The notes beneath the pieces are model-generated. The model searched no databases and had not been told where the DNA came from. It worked only from the letters and a program-made list of their open reading frames with translations. Source: a virus. From it: DNA of 64,000 bases. The stretch spans positions 104,533-168,532 of the IMG/VR virus record IMGVR_UViG_3300036985_007703; one strand, 5' to 3'. The translations under genes were made by a program, and so were the position numbers. Position 1 is the first letter of the stretch; the number at the start of each line of letters is the position of its first letter. Below are positions 37,561 through 47,300 of the stretch, piece after piece.

Positions 37561-37847
37561 CCGTTTGCGAGGGCGCGGCGGAGGGCGGCGACGGTGGCGT
37601 CCCAGGCGGCGCCGTGGAGGTCCAGGGGGACGGCCACGGCATCCGCGGGGGTCAGGGGGTGGACGCGGACCCCGCCGGGGGCCTCCGCCACGAGGGCGGC
37701 GCGGCCGTCGAGAGTGACGAGGGCGGTGGCGTGGCCGTCCATGGGGCCGCTCCACTGGACGGTGGCCCCGGCGGCCTTGAGGACGCTGGCGAGGGTGGGG
37801 GCGTGCAGGGCGCGCTCCGTGAGGGCCTGGATCGAGGGGATCGTCAT
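37557..37847 (-). CDS. Hypothetical protein (leader ...IQALTE)
   Basis: ATGA-coupled ORF. Confidence 0.5.
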   Translation of the reverse strand: MTIPSIQALTERALHAPTLASVLKAAGATVQWSGPMDGHATALVTLDGRAALVAEAPGGVRVHPLTPADAVAVPLDLHGAAWDATVAALRRALANG

Positions 37848-38491
37848 GGGGGAGCCTCCGTCTTGATGGTCTGTGCAACCTCTGCGAGCCACGCACCGAG
37901 GGCCGCGCCGACCGCCGACGGGGCCAGGGGCCAGCGGTCCACACCCGGCAGGGCCGCGGGCGCCGGCTGGGGCAGGGCCGCCCCGTCGATGCTCACCTTG
38001 AGCTTGGGCGCGCCGCTCCCCGTGCGGGGCAGCGCGAGGGCTGCGTCGACGCGGATGCGGGCGGCCCCCGCGTACCACGCGGCCATCACGCTGAGGCGCC
38101 GGGTCAGGTCGTCCTTGCCCAGCTCGACCTCGCCGACCACGCGCACAGCGCCGCGCGGCCCGACGGCGGCCTCCAGGACCCGCCCGGCGACGGCCGCCGC
38201 GACCTCCATCTGCCCGTCGTCCCACTCGCGGGCCATCCCCGCCTGCAGGGCCGCCTCGGCCGCCTGCGCCTCGGGGTGCTGATGGCGCCACGCCGCGTTG
38301 CCCTGGCGGTCCGCCTGCTCGCCCCCGAGATCCGCTACGCGATCGAGGTAGCTGGTGTAATAGAAGTCCCCGCGCACGGGGTCGGTGGGCGCCTTGGCCG
38401 CCGCCGCCACGAGGGCGCGGGCCACGGCGCGCTCCACGCTCCGCCGCATGCGGTAGGCCTCCTCCAGACGCTGCAAGAGCGTGCGCATCAT
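37844..38491 (-). CDS. Putative internal head protein (MRTLLQRLEE-A)
   Basis: Leader motif. Confidence 0.55.
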   Translation of the reverse strand: MMRTLLQRLEEAYRMRRSVERAVARALVAAAAKAPTDPVRGDFYYTSYLDRVADLGGEQADRQGNAAWRHQHPEAQAAEAALQAGMAREWDDGQMEVAAAVAGRVLEAAVGPRGAVRVVGEVELGKDDLTRRLSVMAAWYAGAARIRVDAALALPRTGSGAPKLKVSIDGAALPQPAPAALPGVDRWPLAPSAVGAALGAWLAEVAQTIKTEAPP

Positions 38492-38892
38492 GCGGCCTCA
38501 AAGCCTTTCTGCGCGGCCTGCGCGAGGGCCTGCTGCACCGCCGCCCGCACCGCGTCGGCCGCCGCCTGGGGCGCCACCGGCCACCCATCCCCCACCGGCA
38601 CGCGCGCCATCAGCGGCGCGGGACGCACCCCGTAGCGGCCCACCCACGCCTCGGCCACCCATGGCCCGTCCGGGGCCATGCGCACCTGCACCACGAGGGT
38701 CGAGCGCTCCCCGCGCGAGCGCGCCAGGCGCGTCCCCACCTCGCCGCCCGCCCGCGCCTTGATCTCCACGCGCACCTTGCACAGCGCGGGCTCGTCGACC
38801 ACCACCTCCACCGCCCCCACCGGGACAGCGCGCTGCAGCGCCGCCTCGATCCCCATCGCCTCCTCTAGCCGTCGCAGCAAGGTGCGCATCAT
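38488..38892 (-). CDS. Putative internal head protein (MRTLLRRLEE-A)
   Basis: GGAGG RBS, leader motif. Confidence 0.55.
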   Translation of the reverse strand: MMRTLLRRLEEAMGIEAALQRAVPVGAVEVVVDEPALCKVRVEIKARAGGEVGTRLARSRGERSTLVVQVRMAPDGPWVAEAWVGRYGVRPAPLMARVPVGDGWPVAPQAAADAVRAAVQQALAQAAQKGFEAA

Positions 38893-38900
38893 GTCCTCCG

Positions 38901-39122
38901 TCACTCGCCGCGCGGGGCGGCCTCGATGTCCACCTCGGTGTACCAGCACGCGCAGAGCCGCTGCCCGTTCGGGGCCGTCCCCACCGGGGCACTCCCCGTC
39001 AGGGTGGGGTGCGCCCGCGCGCAGGCCACCCGGCATTGATCCGCCCCGCGCGGGGGAGGCATCGCCCCGCAGGCCCCCGCCAGCAGCCCCCCCGCGAGCA
39101 GGAGCCCCCAGCGCTCACGCAT
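38901..39122 (-). CDS. Small Cys-rich lipoprotein
   Basis: MRERWGLLLAGGLLAGA-C lipobox. Confidence 0.55.
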   Translation of the reverse strand: MRERWGLLLAGGLLAGACGAMPPPRGADQCRVACARAHPTLTGSAPVGTAPNGQRLCACWYTEVDIEAAPRGE

Positions 39123-39462
39123 GCGGGATCCCCTCCTCGACGGTCGCCAGGGCGCTCTCCGCCGCCATGAGCGCCTTGGCCAACCGCCCCGCCTCGGGGT
39201 TCGCGAGGAACCCGTTGTCGCACACCGGGCAGATCGGCTCGCAGAGGCGACACCGGGGATCGTGGACCTGCGGGGGGCCCTCCACGCACTCCATGCACCC
39301 CACGCACCCATGCGAGGCGTCCCGCAGGGGGCCCGTGTAGCCGCACTCCTGGCAGGTCCCCGGCTCCGTGGTCTGCCCATCGGGCTCCTCGCCCCGCAGG
39401 TGGCCGATCACCTCCCGCAGCGCGCACCCCACGATCGCCAGGCGGTTCGTCGCGTCGTCCAT
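39115..39462 (-). CDS. Cys-rich Zn-finger protein
   Basis: Multiple CxxC. Confidence 0.55.
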   Translation of the reverse strand: MDDATNRLAIVGCALREVIGHLRGEEPDGQTTEPGTCQECGYTGPLRDASHGCVGCMECVEGPPQVHDPRCRLCEPICPVCDNGFLANPEAGRLAKALMAAESALATVEEGIPHA

Positions 39463-39469
39463 CCGGCCC

Positions 39470-39763
39470 TCAGCGCCGCTTCCCGTCGTGCGGCTCGATG
39501 ATCGCCTGGACCCGCGCCTGGAGCTGCCGCTCCTCGGCCGGGGTCCACCCGCTGGCCCGCGCGACCGGCGTCGGGGGGGGCGCCTTGCGTACGCGCGTAC
39601 GCAGCTCCGCGTCGCAGGCCTGCTCCTGGTGCAGGCGCCGCGTCAGCTCCGCCGCGACCCCCATGGCCTCGTGGCTCACCACCACGAGGAGGGTCGCCAG
39701 CAGCACGACGAGGCCGCTCATCACCGCGATCCAGATGCTCCGCACGTACACGCTCGTGTTCAT
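39470..39763 (-). CDS. Membrane protein
   Basis: N-terminal TM segment. Confidence 0.5.
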   Translation of the reverse strand: MNTSVYVRSIWIAVMSGLVVLLATLLVVVSHEAMGVAAELTRRLHQEQACDAELRTRVRKAPPPTPVARASGWTPAEERQLQARVQAIIEPHDGKRR

Positions 39764-40128
39764 GGCCGGGGCACCCCCTCGATCGTGGCGTAAAAGGCCG
39801 CCACGCCGCGGTGCGCCGTGCAGGCGAGCCCCCACCCCGGTATCTGCACCACCTTGTCGTCGCCCACCTGCGGGGCGTCCGTGGTATCTCCTAGCCGCAC
39901 CACGCGCCCGCAGATCCGGCAGGCCCCCACCCGCATCGCGGGGTCCGCGGGCCGCGGCGCGTAGGCCTGGTCCTCCCAGAAGGTCGCCCCGCAGGGGCAT
40001 CGGTAGGCCAGCGTGGTGTTCCCGTTGGCCAGCAGGGACTGCCCCACGTCCGCCGGGATCGCCCAGCGCCCCGTGTCGGGATCCCGCACGGGGATCCCGC
40101 AGACGCTGCAGGTGCAGGGCTCCGTCAT
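39760..40128 (-). CDS. Zn-finger hypothetical protein
   Basis: CxxC motifs, ATGA coupling. Confidence 0.5.
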   Translation of the reverse strand: MTEPCTCSVCGIPVRDPDTGRWAIPADVGQSLLANGNTTLAYRCPCGATFWEDQAYAPRPADPAMRVGACRICGRVVRLGDTTDAPQVGDDKVVQIPGWGLACTAHRGVAAFYATIEGVPRP

Positions 40129-40613
40129 GGCGCCGGGGGCATCCAGGAGCCCGTCTCCAGGCGCGCCCCGAGGTAGCGCGCCACCGCGTCCAGGGGGCTG
40201 CTCACGATCCCCGCGACCTGGGGGCAGACCCCCGAGGGCTCGAACTTGGTGCCCCGCCACGCCGCCGTGAGGTCGTCGAGGCCCCACGCCCCGAGCTGCA
40301 GGAGCGTGCTCGCCTGCCGGCAGATCACCTCCAGCTGCGCCCGCGCGTCGTCCACGATCTGCGTCGCCAGCTCGTCCGCCACGGGGTCCGCGTAGCCCTC
40401 CGCGTGGGCCCCCCGGCTGATCGTGATGTTGATGTAAATGGGGCGATCCCCCGAGAACGCCACCTTGGTATAGAGGTCGTGCGCGCCGATCGTCAGCTTC
40501 GCAGTGCGCCCCACCGCCCCCTTCCCCAGACAGGCCTCGCCCTGCGCCCAGACATCGCGATGTGGATACGCTTCCATGCGGGCAGTTCTACCACGGATCG
40601 CCGCCCAACTCAC
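40125..40613 (-). CDS. Stand-alone TSCPD/NrdJb-like domain (class II RNR C-terminal part)
   Basis: G.T.K..IG...LY..V, G.P, RGTKFEPSG, SSPLDAVARYL. Confidence 0.7.
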   Translation of the reverse strand: MSWAAIRGRTARMEAYPHRDVWAQGEACLGKGAVGRTAKLTIGAHDLYTKVAFSGDRPIYINITISRGAHAEGYADPVADELATQIVDDARAQLEVICRQASTLLQLGAWGLDDLTAAWRGTKFEPSGVCPQVAGIVSSPLDAVARYLGARLETGSWMPPAP

Positions 40614-40633
40614 GCTTCACCACGCCCCATCGC

Positions 40634-40885
40634 TCACTCGACCGACACGGCCCCCACGGTCCACCGGAGGTCCGCACAGTCCGCGTGAGGGCGCTCGCTC
40701 GCGTCATCGGTCGCCAGGAACTCCACGGCCCCATCGGGCTGCTCATTCCAACGCACGGGAGCCCCCGTGTCGCCCTCCCACATCCGAAAGCGATCCCCCC
40801 GCCGGATGTCCCGCAGCTCCACCTCTGCCCACTGCCCATCCGCCCCCAACCGCTCGATGCGCCGCAGCAGTTTATCAGTCGCCAT
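40634..40885 (-). CDS. Hypothetical protein
   Basis: GGAGG RBS, DIRRGDRFRMWE. Confidence 0.5.
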   Translation of the reverse strand: MATDKLLRRIERLGADGQWAEVELRDIRRGDRFRMWEGDTGAPVRWNEQPDGAVEFLATDDASERPHADCADLRWTVGAVSVE

Positions 40886-41246
40886 GGGGATCCTCCGCCG
40901 TGATCTCCGACGCCACGCCGATCCGCGTCTTCTGCAGCTCCGCCCGGATCGCCATCAACTCCTGGAGCGTCCCGTGGAGCACCAACTGCCCCCGCCGATC
41001 CTTGTTGTGGTGGTCCGCAACGGTCATCTTTAACTTGAGGATCGCCGCCTGCCACCCCTCCTGAAACGCCTGCGCGACGAAATCCCGAGCCTCCTCCTCG
41101 GTCTTGCGGGTGATGTCGGCCTGGTAATGATTCACATACACCCCCGCCGCCCGCTTGGCAGCCATGGCGACGGTGTAGTCGATGCTCTGCGAGGCGGCCT
41201 CTGCGGCCACCCAGCGCACGTCCTCGGGGGTCATCACCTTGCCCAT
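40875..41246 (-). CDS. Hypothetical protein
   Basis: ORF with GGAGG RBS. Confidence 0.5.
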   Translation of the reverse strand: MGKVMTPEDVRWVAAEAASQSIDYTVAMAAKRAAGVYVNHYQADITRKTEEEARDFVAQAFQEGWQAAILKLKMTVADHHNKDRRGQLVLHGTLQELMAIRAELQKTRIGVASEITAEDPHGD

Positions 41247-41247
41247 G

Positions 41248-42756
41248 TCAATCCTCCTTGCCCAACAAGACCGCCAGGTACTCGTCCGCAATCGCGCGGT
41301 CGCTGGCCTGCTCCGCCGCGGGCAGCTCCGCATACGGGGTCTTGGCCTGGCGGTACCACCGCGCGATGGCCTCGTGCCCCCGCGCGAGCCCCGCCCCACC
41401 CTCGGCGTCGGTCGTCAGCGCGATGAGCCCCGCGTGCTCCCCCTGCCACGCCATCCAGCGCGCCCACACCATGTGGACGTGATCCGCGAGGGCCTCCCGC
41501 CGCTCGCGCATGCGCATACGCAGGGCCGCGTCCGCATCGGTCAGGATCCCGATGGCCCACCCCACGTCCGCCCGCAGGAGGGATTCCAAGATCCGCTGCG
41601 CCCACGCCTCTATCTGCTCCGGGGCCACCCGCAGCCCCGCCTCGCCGGTCAACAGGCACAGCGCATCGAACACGGCGAAGGCCGCGGTCTCCTGCGCATC
41701 GGCCCGCAGCGCCTCGGCCGGCGGGGCCCCCGCCGTCAGCTGGGCCCGCTCCGCCTCGCGCTCCTGCCGCTGCTTCGTCAGCAGGAAGTCGTGCATGGCC
41801 ATCATGGCGTTGGCGAACCAGCCCCGCATGAGGTCGAGGTCCGCCGTGGGATAGTGCGCGCAGTAGAGGCGCGCCCAGGCGTCCGCATCCGGGTTGAAGT
41901 GGATGCTGTGGTCGTAGTCGGCCACATCGACCGCGTCCTCGGGCTGGCCCTCGGCGGGCTGGTCGGGCGTGTCGTCACAATACGGCGCCACGGGGCCCAG
42001 GCACCGCGCGGCCAGCCCCTGCGTCACGCGCACCCCGTGCCCGCCCTCGTCGGTCCAGAGGCCCCCGCTGCCGTCCCGCACCACGCGGCGCACCACGCGC
42101 TTCTCGGCGCCATCCGCGCAGTCCTCCTCGAACCAGAAGTACCCCTCCACGCCCGGCTGCACGCCCTCGAACGTGGCCAGCAGGGCCCGGTCCACGGCCG
42201 CCGAGATCGCATCGCTCAGCGCATCGTCATGGTAGCTCCGCGAGCCATCCGGGTGCGTCGTCCACCCCTCCGCGGGGCCCAGGGCGTCGATCGTCCGGTC
42301 CAGCTGCTCGGAGAACGCCTCCAGGGCCTCCGCCACCTGCGCCCCGGCCGCCGTCACGCTGCCCCGCACGCGCAGGTCCTCGATCGGCTCGGGGGCCTGC
42401 GTCAGCACCACGTCCACCCCCAGCACGTCGCCCTCCTTCATCTCGATCCTCGCAATCTCGGCCGCCATGCTCGCCGCGGCGACCGCCTCGTTGTGGCGCA
42501 CCATCCGGTCCGCCGTCTCACGATCGCACACCATCGGGGACGCCGGGGGCATCAGCTGCACGTCGATGATCCGGGGCGCTACCGCCACGTAGTCCACGCG
42601 CCCCAGCGCCGCCCGCGCCCAAGGCGCCAAGATCCCCCGCGGCGCCTGGTAGGTCGGCGCCTCGGCCTGCATGCGCCGGATGCGCTGCCGGACCGCCTCG
42701 GGGTCCCACTGGAACGCGTCCCCGTTGGCGTTCCCCTTGGGATCGTCGTCACCCAT
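41248..42756 (-). CDS. Mosaic multidomain protein with C-terminal RyR-like helical motif
   Basis: H..W..W ... PYAELP..EQ.SDR; internal IIDVQLM and WFANAMM modules. Confidence 0.55.
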   Translation of the reverse strand: MGDDDPKGNANGDAFQWDPEAVRQRIRRMQAEAPTYQAPRGILAPWARAALGRVDYVAVAPRIIDVQLMPPASPMVCDRETADRMVRHNEAVAAASMAAEIARIEMKEGDVLGVDVVLTQAPEPIEDLRVRGSVTAAGAQVAEALEAFSEQLDRTIDALGPAEGWTTHPDGSRSYHDDALSDAISAAVDRALLATFEGVQPGVEGYFWFEEDCADGAEKRVVRRVVRDGSGGLWTDEGGHGVRVTQGLAARCLGPVAPYCDDTPDQPAEGQPEDAVDVADYDHSIHFNPDADAWARLYCAHYPTADLDLMRGWFANAMMAMHDFLLTKQRQEREAERAQLTAGAPPAEALRADAQETAAFAVFDALCLLTGEAGLRVAPEQIEAWAQRILESLLRADVGWAIGILTDADAALRMRMRERREALADHVHMVWARWMAWQGEHAGLIALTTDAEGGAGLARGHEAIARWYRQAKTPYAELPAAEQASDRAIADEYLAVLLGKED

Positions 42757-42758
42757 CG

Positions 42759-43166
42759 TCAGTCCTCCTGATAGGTCTCGTACCACTCCAACTGGTCCGC
42801 CGCCGGCCAACAGATGCACGTGTCCGCAGGCAGGGCCACCCCGCCCCGTGCATCGCCCCGGATCTGCTTGGCCAGCTCCGCCGCCAGCTCGTTCGCCGCA
42901 TCCTCGTCCGGCGCCTCGACCCGGAACTCCAGGTCCACCGTCGCCGTCGCGCGCACCTTAAATTTCGCCATGATCCGCTCCTTCTGTGGCGTCCTCGCCA
43001 CGTAGCACTCGCAGTCCGCCGCGCCGGGGTCCGAGGCCCGCTGAAAACGGGCATACCCAGCGTGCTTCTCAAACGCCCAAAATGGCGCTGTTGCCCGGCA
43101 CTCGCCATGGTTGGCATCCGTGGGGAGACACCGCCGCCAGTGCCCGCACGTCCCGCACGTCCTCAT
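42759..43166 (-). CDS. Hypothetical protein(s); internal start possible at 42971
   Basis: CGTCGHW N-terminus, in frame with MAKFKV. Confidence 0.4.
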   Translation of the reverse strand: MRTCGTCGHWRRCLPTDANHGECRATAPFWAFEKHAGYARFQRASDPGAADCECYVARTPQKERIMAKFKVRATATVDLEFRVEAPDEDAANELAAELAKQIRGDARGGVALPADTCICWPAADQLEWYETYQED

Positions 43167-43786
43167 CGCGTCACCCCATGCCACGCTACCGCGATGGCGT
43201 CGTAGATCACCTTCCGCTGGGCATCGGTGAAGGCCCACCGCACCCCCACGTTTGCGTCCGCCCACTCCACCGGAGACCCTCCACGCTCCTCGCTCACCGC
43301 GCACCAGTCCGCGACCATCTCGTACAGGTAGAGGTCGAGCATCCGCGTCGCATCCACGATCTTGGCGGGCGGCGCATCTCGGTCCTGCAGGTTGATGCAC
43401 GCCGCGCGGATCCGCACGTCGGGATCCCAGTGCTCGGGGTGGTGCGGGTTGACCCGCACGTGCAGCTCCGTCGCTGCCCGCATCCGCCCCTCCATTCCCG
43501 GAGGCGGATCGAAGGGCACCCCGAGGTCCCGGCAGCGGTACTGCCACGTCACCCAGATATAGGGCTCGCGCTCGGGCTCGCGCAGCTTGCTCTGGTCGTG
43601 CACCTCCATCCGGCATATCAGCTGCCCCGCCATTATGTCGGAAAGCGCATCCGCCAGCCGCCGGCAATACTTCTGCACGAGGTCGATGTGCCGGTAGGTG
43701 CGCCGCTCGAAGTGCGCCACCATCTCGTCCACCCGCTGCTGCCACGCCAGCGTCGGCACGTTCACGCCATTCACGTCAATCGGCAT
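43163..43786 (-). CDS. DUF5662-like HD-superfamily protein
   Basis: HI..V, HDQSK, H...NPHHPEHW, EMVADW. Confidence 0.75.
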   Translation of the reverse strand: MPIDVNGVNVPTLAWQQRVDEMVAHFERRTYRHIDLVQKYCRRLADALSDIMAGQLICRMEVHDQSKLREPEREPYIWVTWQYRCRDLGVPFDPPPGMEGRMRAATELHVRVNPHHPEHWDPDVRIRAACINLQDRDAPPAKIVDATRMLDLYLYEMVADWCAVSEERGGSPVEWADANVGVRWAFTDAQRKVIYDAIAVAWHGVTR

Positions 43787-44381
43787 CACGCTTCTCCTCC
43801 GCGTAGGCCAGGGCCTGCACCAGCGCCCGTCGCCGCACATAGCGGAAGTCCGGCTGTTGGTATCCTTTGTCGTGCGTCCTCAAGACCACGAACCCGTAGC
43901 AGCGCAGGTTCATAAAAATCGCGCCATCCCAGCCCGCCATGGGCTCGCAGCAGGCGTTGCGCACCGCCACCCGCACATACCACGCGATCTCATGCTCCGG
44001 CACCGCCGCCGTGGCCTCCCGCACCGCCTCGCGCACCTCCCGCAGGCGATCCGCCGACGCCTCCCCCTCCGCATAGGCCCGCACCACCCGCAGCGCCTCG
44101 GCACAGGCGGGGTGCTCGTCTTTCGCGCTCTCCCGCGTCCACTGCGCGAGGTCGGCCGCCAGGTGGCGCCGCCGCCGCTCATCCAACACGTGCTCCACGA
44201 GCAGCCACGTGAGGTCACGGATGTCCACGTCGGGGTCCTTCGCGAGGGCCGCCACCTCGGCGGGGGCCAACTCCACGCGCCCCCGCCAGAGCTTGGCCAC
44301 CCGCTTGGGGGTCCATACCCCGCTGGGCCGGCGGGCCAGCACCATCGCCTCCGTGAGGCCCGTCGGGCGCTCCGCGCTCAT
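43776..44381 (-). CDS. Helical hypothetical protein (Imm5-like phage family)
   Basis: AL.VVRAYAEGEAS...L pattern. Confidence 0.45.
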   Translation of the reverse strand: MSAERPTGLTEAMVLARRPSGVWTPKRVAKLWRGRVELAPAEVAALAKDPDVDIRDLTWLLVEHVLDERRRRHLAADLAQWTRESAKDEHPACAEALRVVRAYAEGEASADRLREVREAVREATAAVPEHEIAWYVRVAVRNACCEPMAGWDGAIFMNLRCYGFVVLRTHDKGYQQPDFRYVRRRALVQALAYAEEKRDAD

Positions 44382-47300
44382 CGCGGCTCCCCCGCCTGCT
44401 GCGCCCCCGCCTGCCAACGCTTTTCCATGCAGTGTACGCAGGGATGCAGTTCAAGGATGACCTTGCTCTTCCACTCCTCGCGCCGGGCCACCATCAGGGG
44501 CGCCCCACAGCTTGCGCACTTCGCCTCAATCTCCTTCGACTTCATGCTGCCCCTCCCAGCGGAACGCCGGTTCGCGCACGGCCCACTCGTGGCCAGCCGC
44601 GCATGTTGCAATCAGGCGCTCAGTCAGCCCCTTGTCGGCCTCGATAAACCCAGCATGCCGCGCGTCGACCACCCCTCCAGCACAGTGCGGACATGTCCCC
44701 CGCTGCAAGGCATCCTCGATGTCCGCCACCTTCTTCGCCTCAATCTTGCCCATGACTGCGCTGATCTCGCCCAAGAGATCCTTAATCTCGCTCATCCCTC
44801 GTGCTCCTTCCCCAACAACGGGGGCGCCCCGCACCCCGGATAGCGGTACGCGACCATCCGCTCGATGTACTCGTCGCTCGTCCAGGCCTTGTCCTCAAAC
44901 AGCCCAGGGCACTCGCGCAGGGCGATGTGCGAGGCCCGGAGAAACCGCTCGCGCGGGGTGGCGGGCCGGGTGCTCTTGCCCACGCCCTTGTGCATGTTGA
45001 CCGCCCGCCGCAGCTCCGTGCGGTAGGCCTTCGCGCCATCCCAGTCGATCATGGCGTCACCCCCACCATCCTGCCAAAACACGGCATGGAGCACGCGGGA
45101 TGCACCCCGCTCCAGTGCGCCTCGATCTCGGGCACCTGCCGCCCGCACTGCTCGCAGACCACGCACTCCCCCAACGGCACGTAGTCCCCGTGCCCCTGCG
45201 TGGGGAACTGCGCCGCGGTCGGGTCATCGACCGTCCCGTCCGGGCGCACGCACCACCAGTGGGGTTGTTGGCCCCACGCGGCGTCATGGTAGTGGCCCCG
45301 CACAAGCCGCAAGGTAGGATCCGCCTGGCACCGCGCCTCGGCCAACTCCCGGCAGCGCCCGCGCAACGCCCGATCAACTGAGGTCATGGCTTGATCCTCT
45401 TGAGCTGCTCGACGATCCACCGCGCCGTCGTGGCCGTGTCTTCGGACATACGATCCCCGTGAGCAAAGTTGTTCTCCACCATGTCCACCGCCTCGACGAT
45501 GGCCGCCGCCCGCCCCGAGGCGATCCCCTCTGTTCGCGCCACCGCTTTTTGCGCATACGCCGTCCGCAGGATCGCGACTAACGCCGTGATCTTCTCGGCC
45601 AAGGTATCGCCCGCTGGGCCGCGCGGGACCATCTCGTTCGCGGCCTCTAGCGCCCGATACGCCGCGTCAATGCGCTCCCGCAAGGCCCCCGCCTCCCGCC
45701 GCGCCGCATCCCGCTCCATGAGCAGCTTCTCCACCGCCCCCGGCAGCAGCTTCTCATCGAGCTTGTCGAACTCGACATGCTTGGCCGCCGCGTGGATGAG
45801 CTGCCACCGCTCGTTCGACCGCTTCCGCTCTCGTTCGAACCCCTCGCGCAGGGCCTCCACCTCCCGCTTCCACCGATCCAGCGCCACCTCCAGGTCCCGG
45901 CGCTGCCCCAGGAGCGACTCCGCGAAGGTCCCCAGCCGCTTTGGCAGGGTCTCCAGGTCCCCCATCTCCCCGCCGTACCCGAGCGCCCGGAACGCCTCGC
46001 ACACGGCGTGGACGATGCCCTTGTAGGCATGGGCCTTCGCCCACCAGTAGTCGACCGAGTTGCCCTTGTAGATCATCGACCGCGCGAGCGGTTCCATCTG
46101 CGCCTCGACCGCCTCCAACTCCTCGCGCACCGCGTCCCGCTCGGCGGTCAACCGCGCGACCACCGTCCGGTGCAACAACTGGGGGACCGTGGGCGCAGGG
46201 GGATCGAGCGGCCGGGCCACCGGCAAATCCGCCGCATGCAGGTGGTGCCCGCAGTCGAAGCACACTTCTTGCGAGATGTTCACATGCCCCGACCCGCAGA
46301 TCGGACACGTCACCCAGGCACTTGTGCTCATTGCGTGGCCTCCTCCTCCAGCAGCGCCACCACCCACCCGAACAGGGCGAGCTGCTCGTCGAGGTCCGCC
46401 TCGCCGTACCAGTCGGCCAGCACCTCGGAGTGCGCCCGCAGGGCCGCCTCGAACCCCACCAGCGCCGCGTAGTGCCCCTGCTCGGCCTCGTGCGCCTGGA
46501 TCCAGCGGTCAATCACCGTCGACATCGCGCGCCTCCTTGGGATCCAGGCCGTACCGCCCCAGGATCTCCCGGCGCAGGGCCCGCGCCTCCCGGATCTGCC
46601 GGTTGACCTCGACCAGGACCGCCCAGTCCGCCGCCTCTGCGCGGGGTGGATCCTCCACCTCATCTGGTGGGCAGATGCAGTAGGAGTCCCGGCGCGTCCC
46701 CTCAGGCCACCGATCCCGGCAGGCGGGGCACTGGCGCTCGTAGGGCCACCCCACCGCGCAGAAGCACCTGGAGACGTGCTTATGGCAGTACGCCCCCTCC
46801 GCGGCCAGCCGCTCGTCAATCTCTACCGTCATAACGTCACCTCGCGCTCCAAGTAGGCCGCATCGCTCTCGATGTGTTCCGCCCGGTAGCGGTCGTGTCC
46901 CTCCTCGTGCCCCACGTAGCGCTGCGCCCGGTCCCGCAGGGCCGCCGCGCACGCCGCGAGGGCCTCTGCCCGCCCCGCCCGGCGCTCCCGTTGGCACGCC
47001 GCCTCCAGGGCCTCGCTGCGCGCCCGCTCCTCGGTCAGGGACTCGCACTGCTCAGCCCACTGCCGGTTCTGGCTCTCCGCCGCGCGCTGCCACCCCGCCG
47101 CGCTCGCCCACACCTCCTCCAACTCGACCTTTAGGCGCGCGTTCTCCAACTTCAGGTTCTCAAGCTCGCGCATCATCACTCCTCCCCCGAAAACAGCAGA
47201 TCGCATCCGCTGGCCGACATGCTCAGGCCCACTAGCGTCGCCAGGTCGCGCCGGCGGTTCTGCCGATGCCGCTCCGTGCGCCGCACCGACTCCCGCTGCT

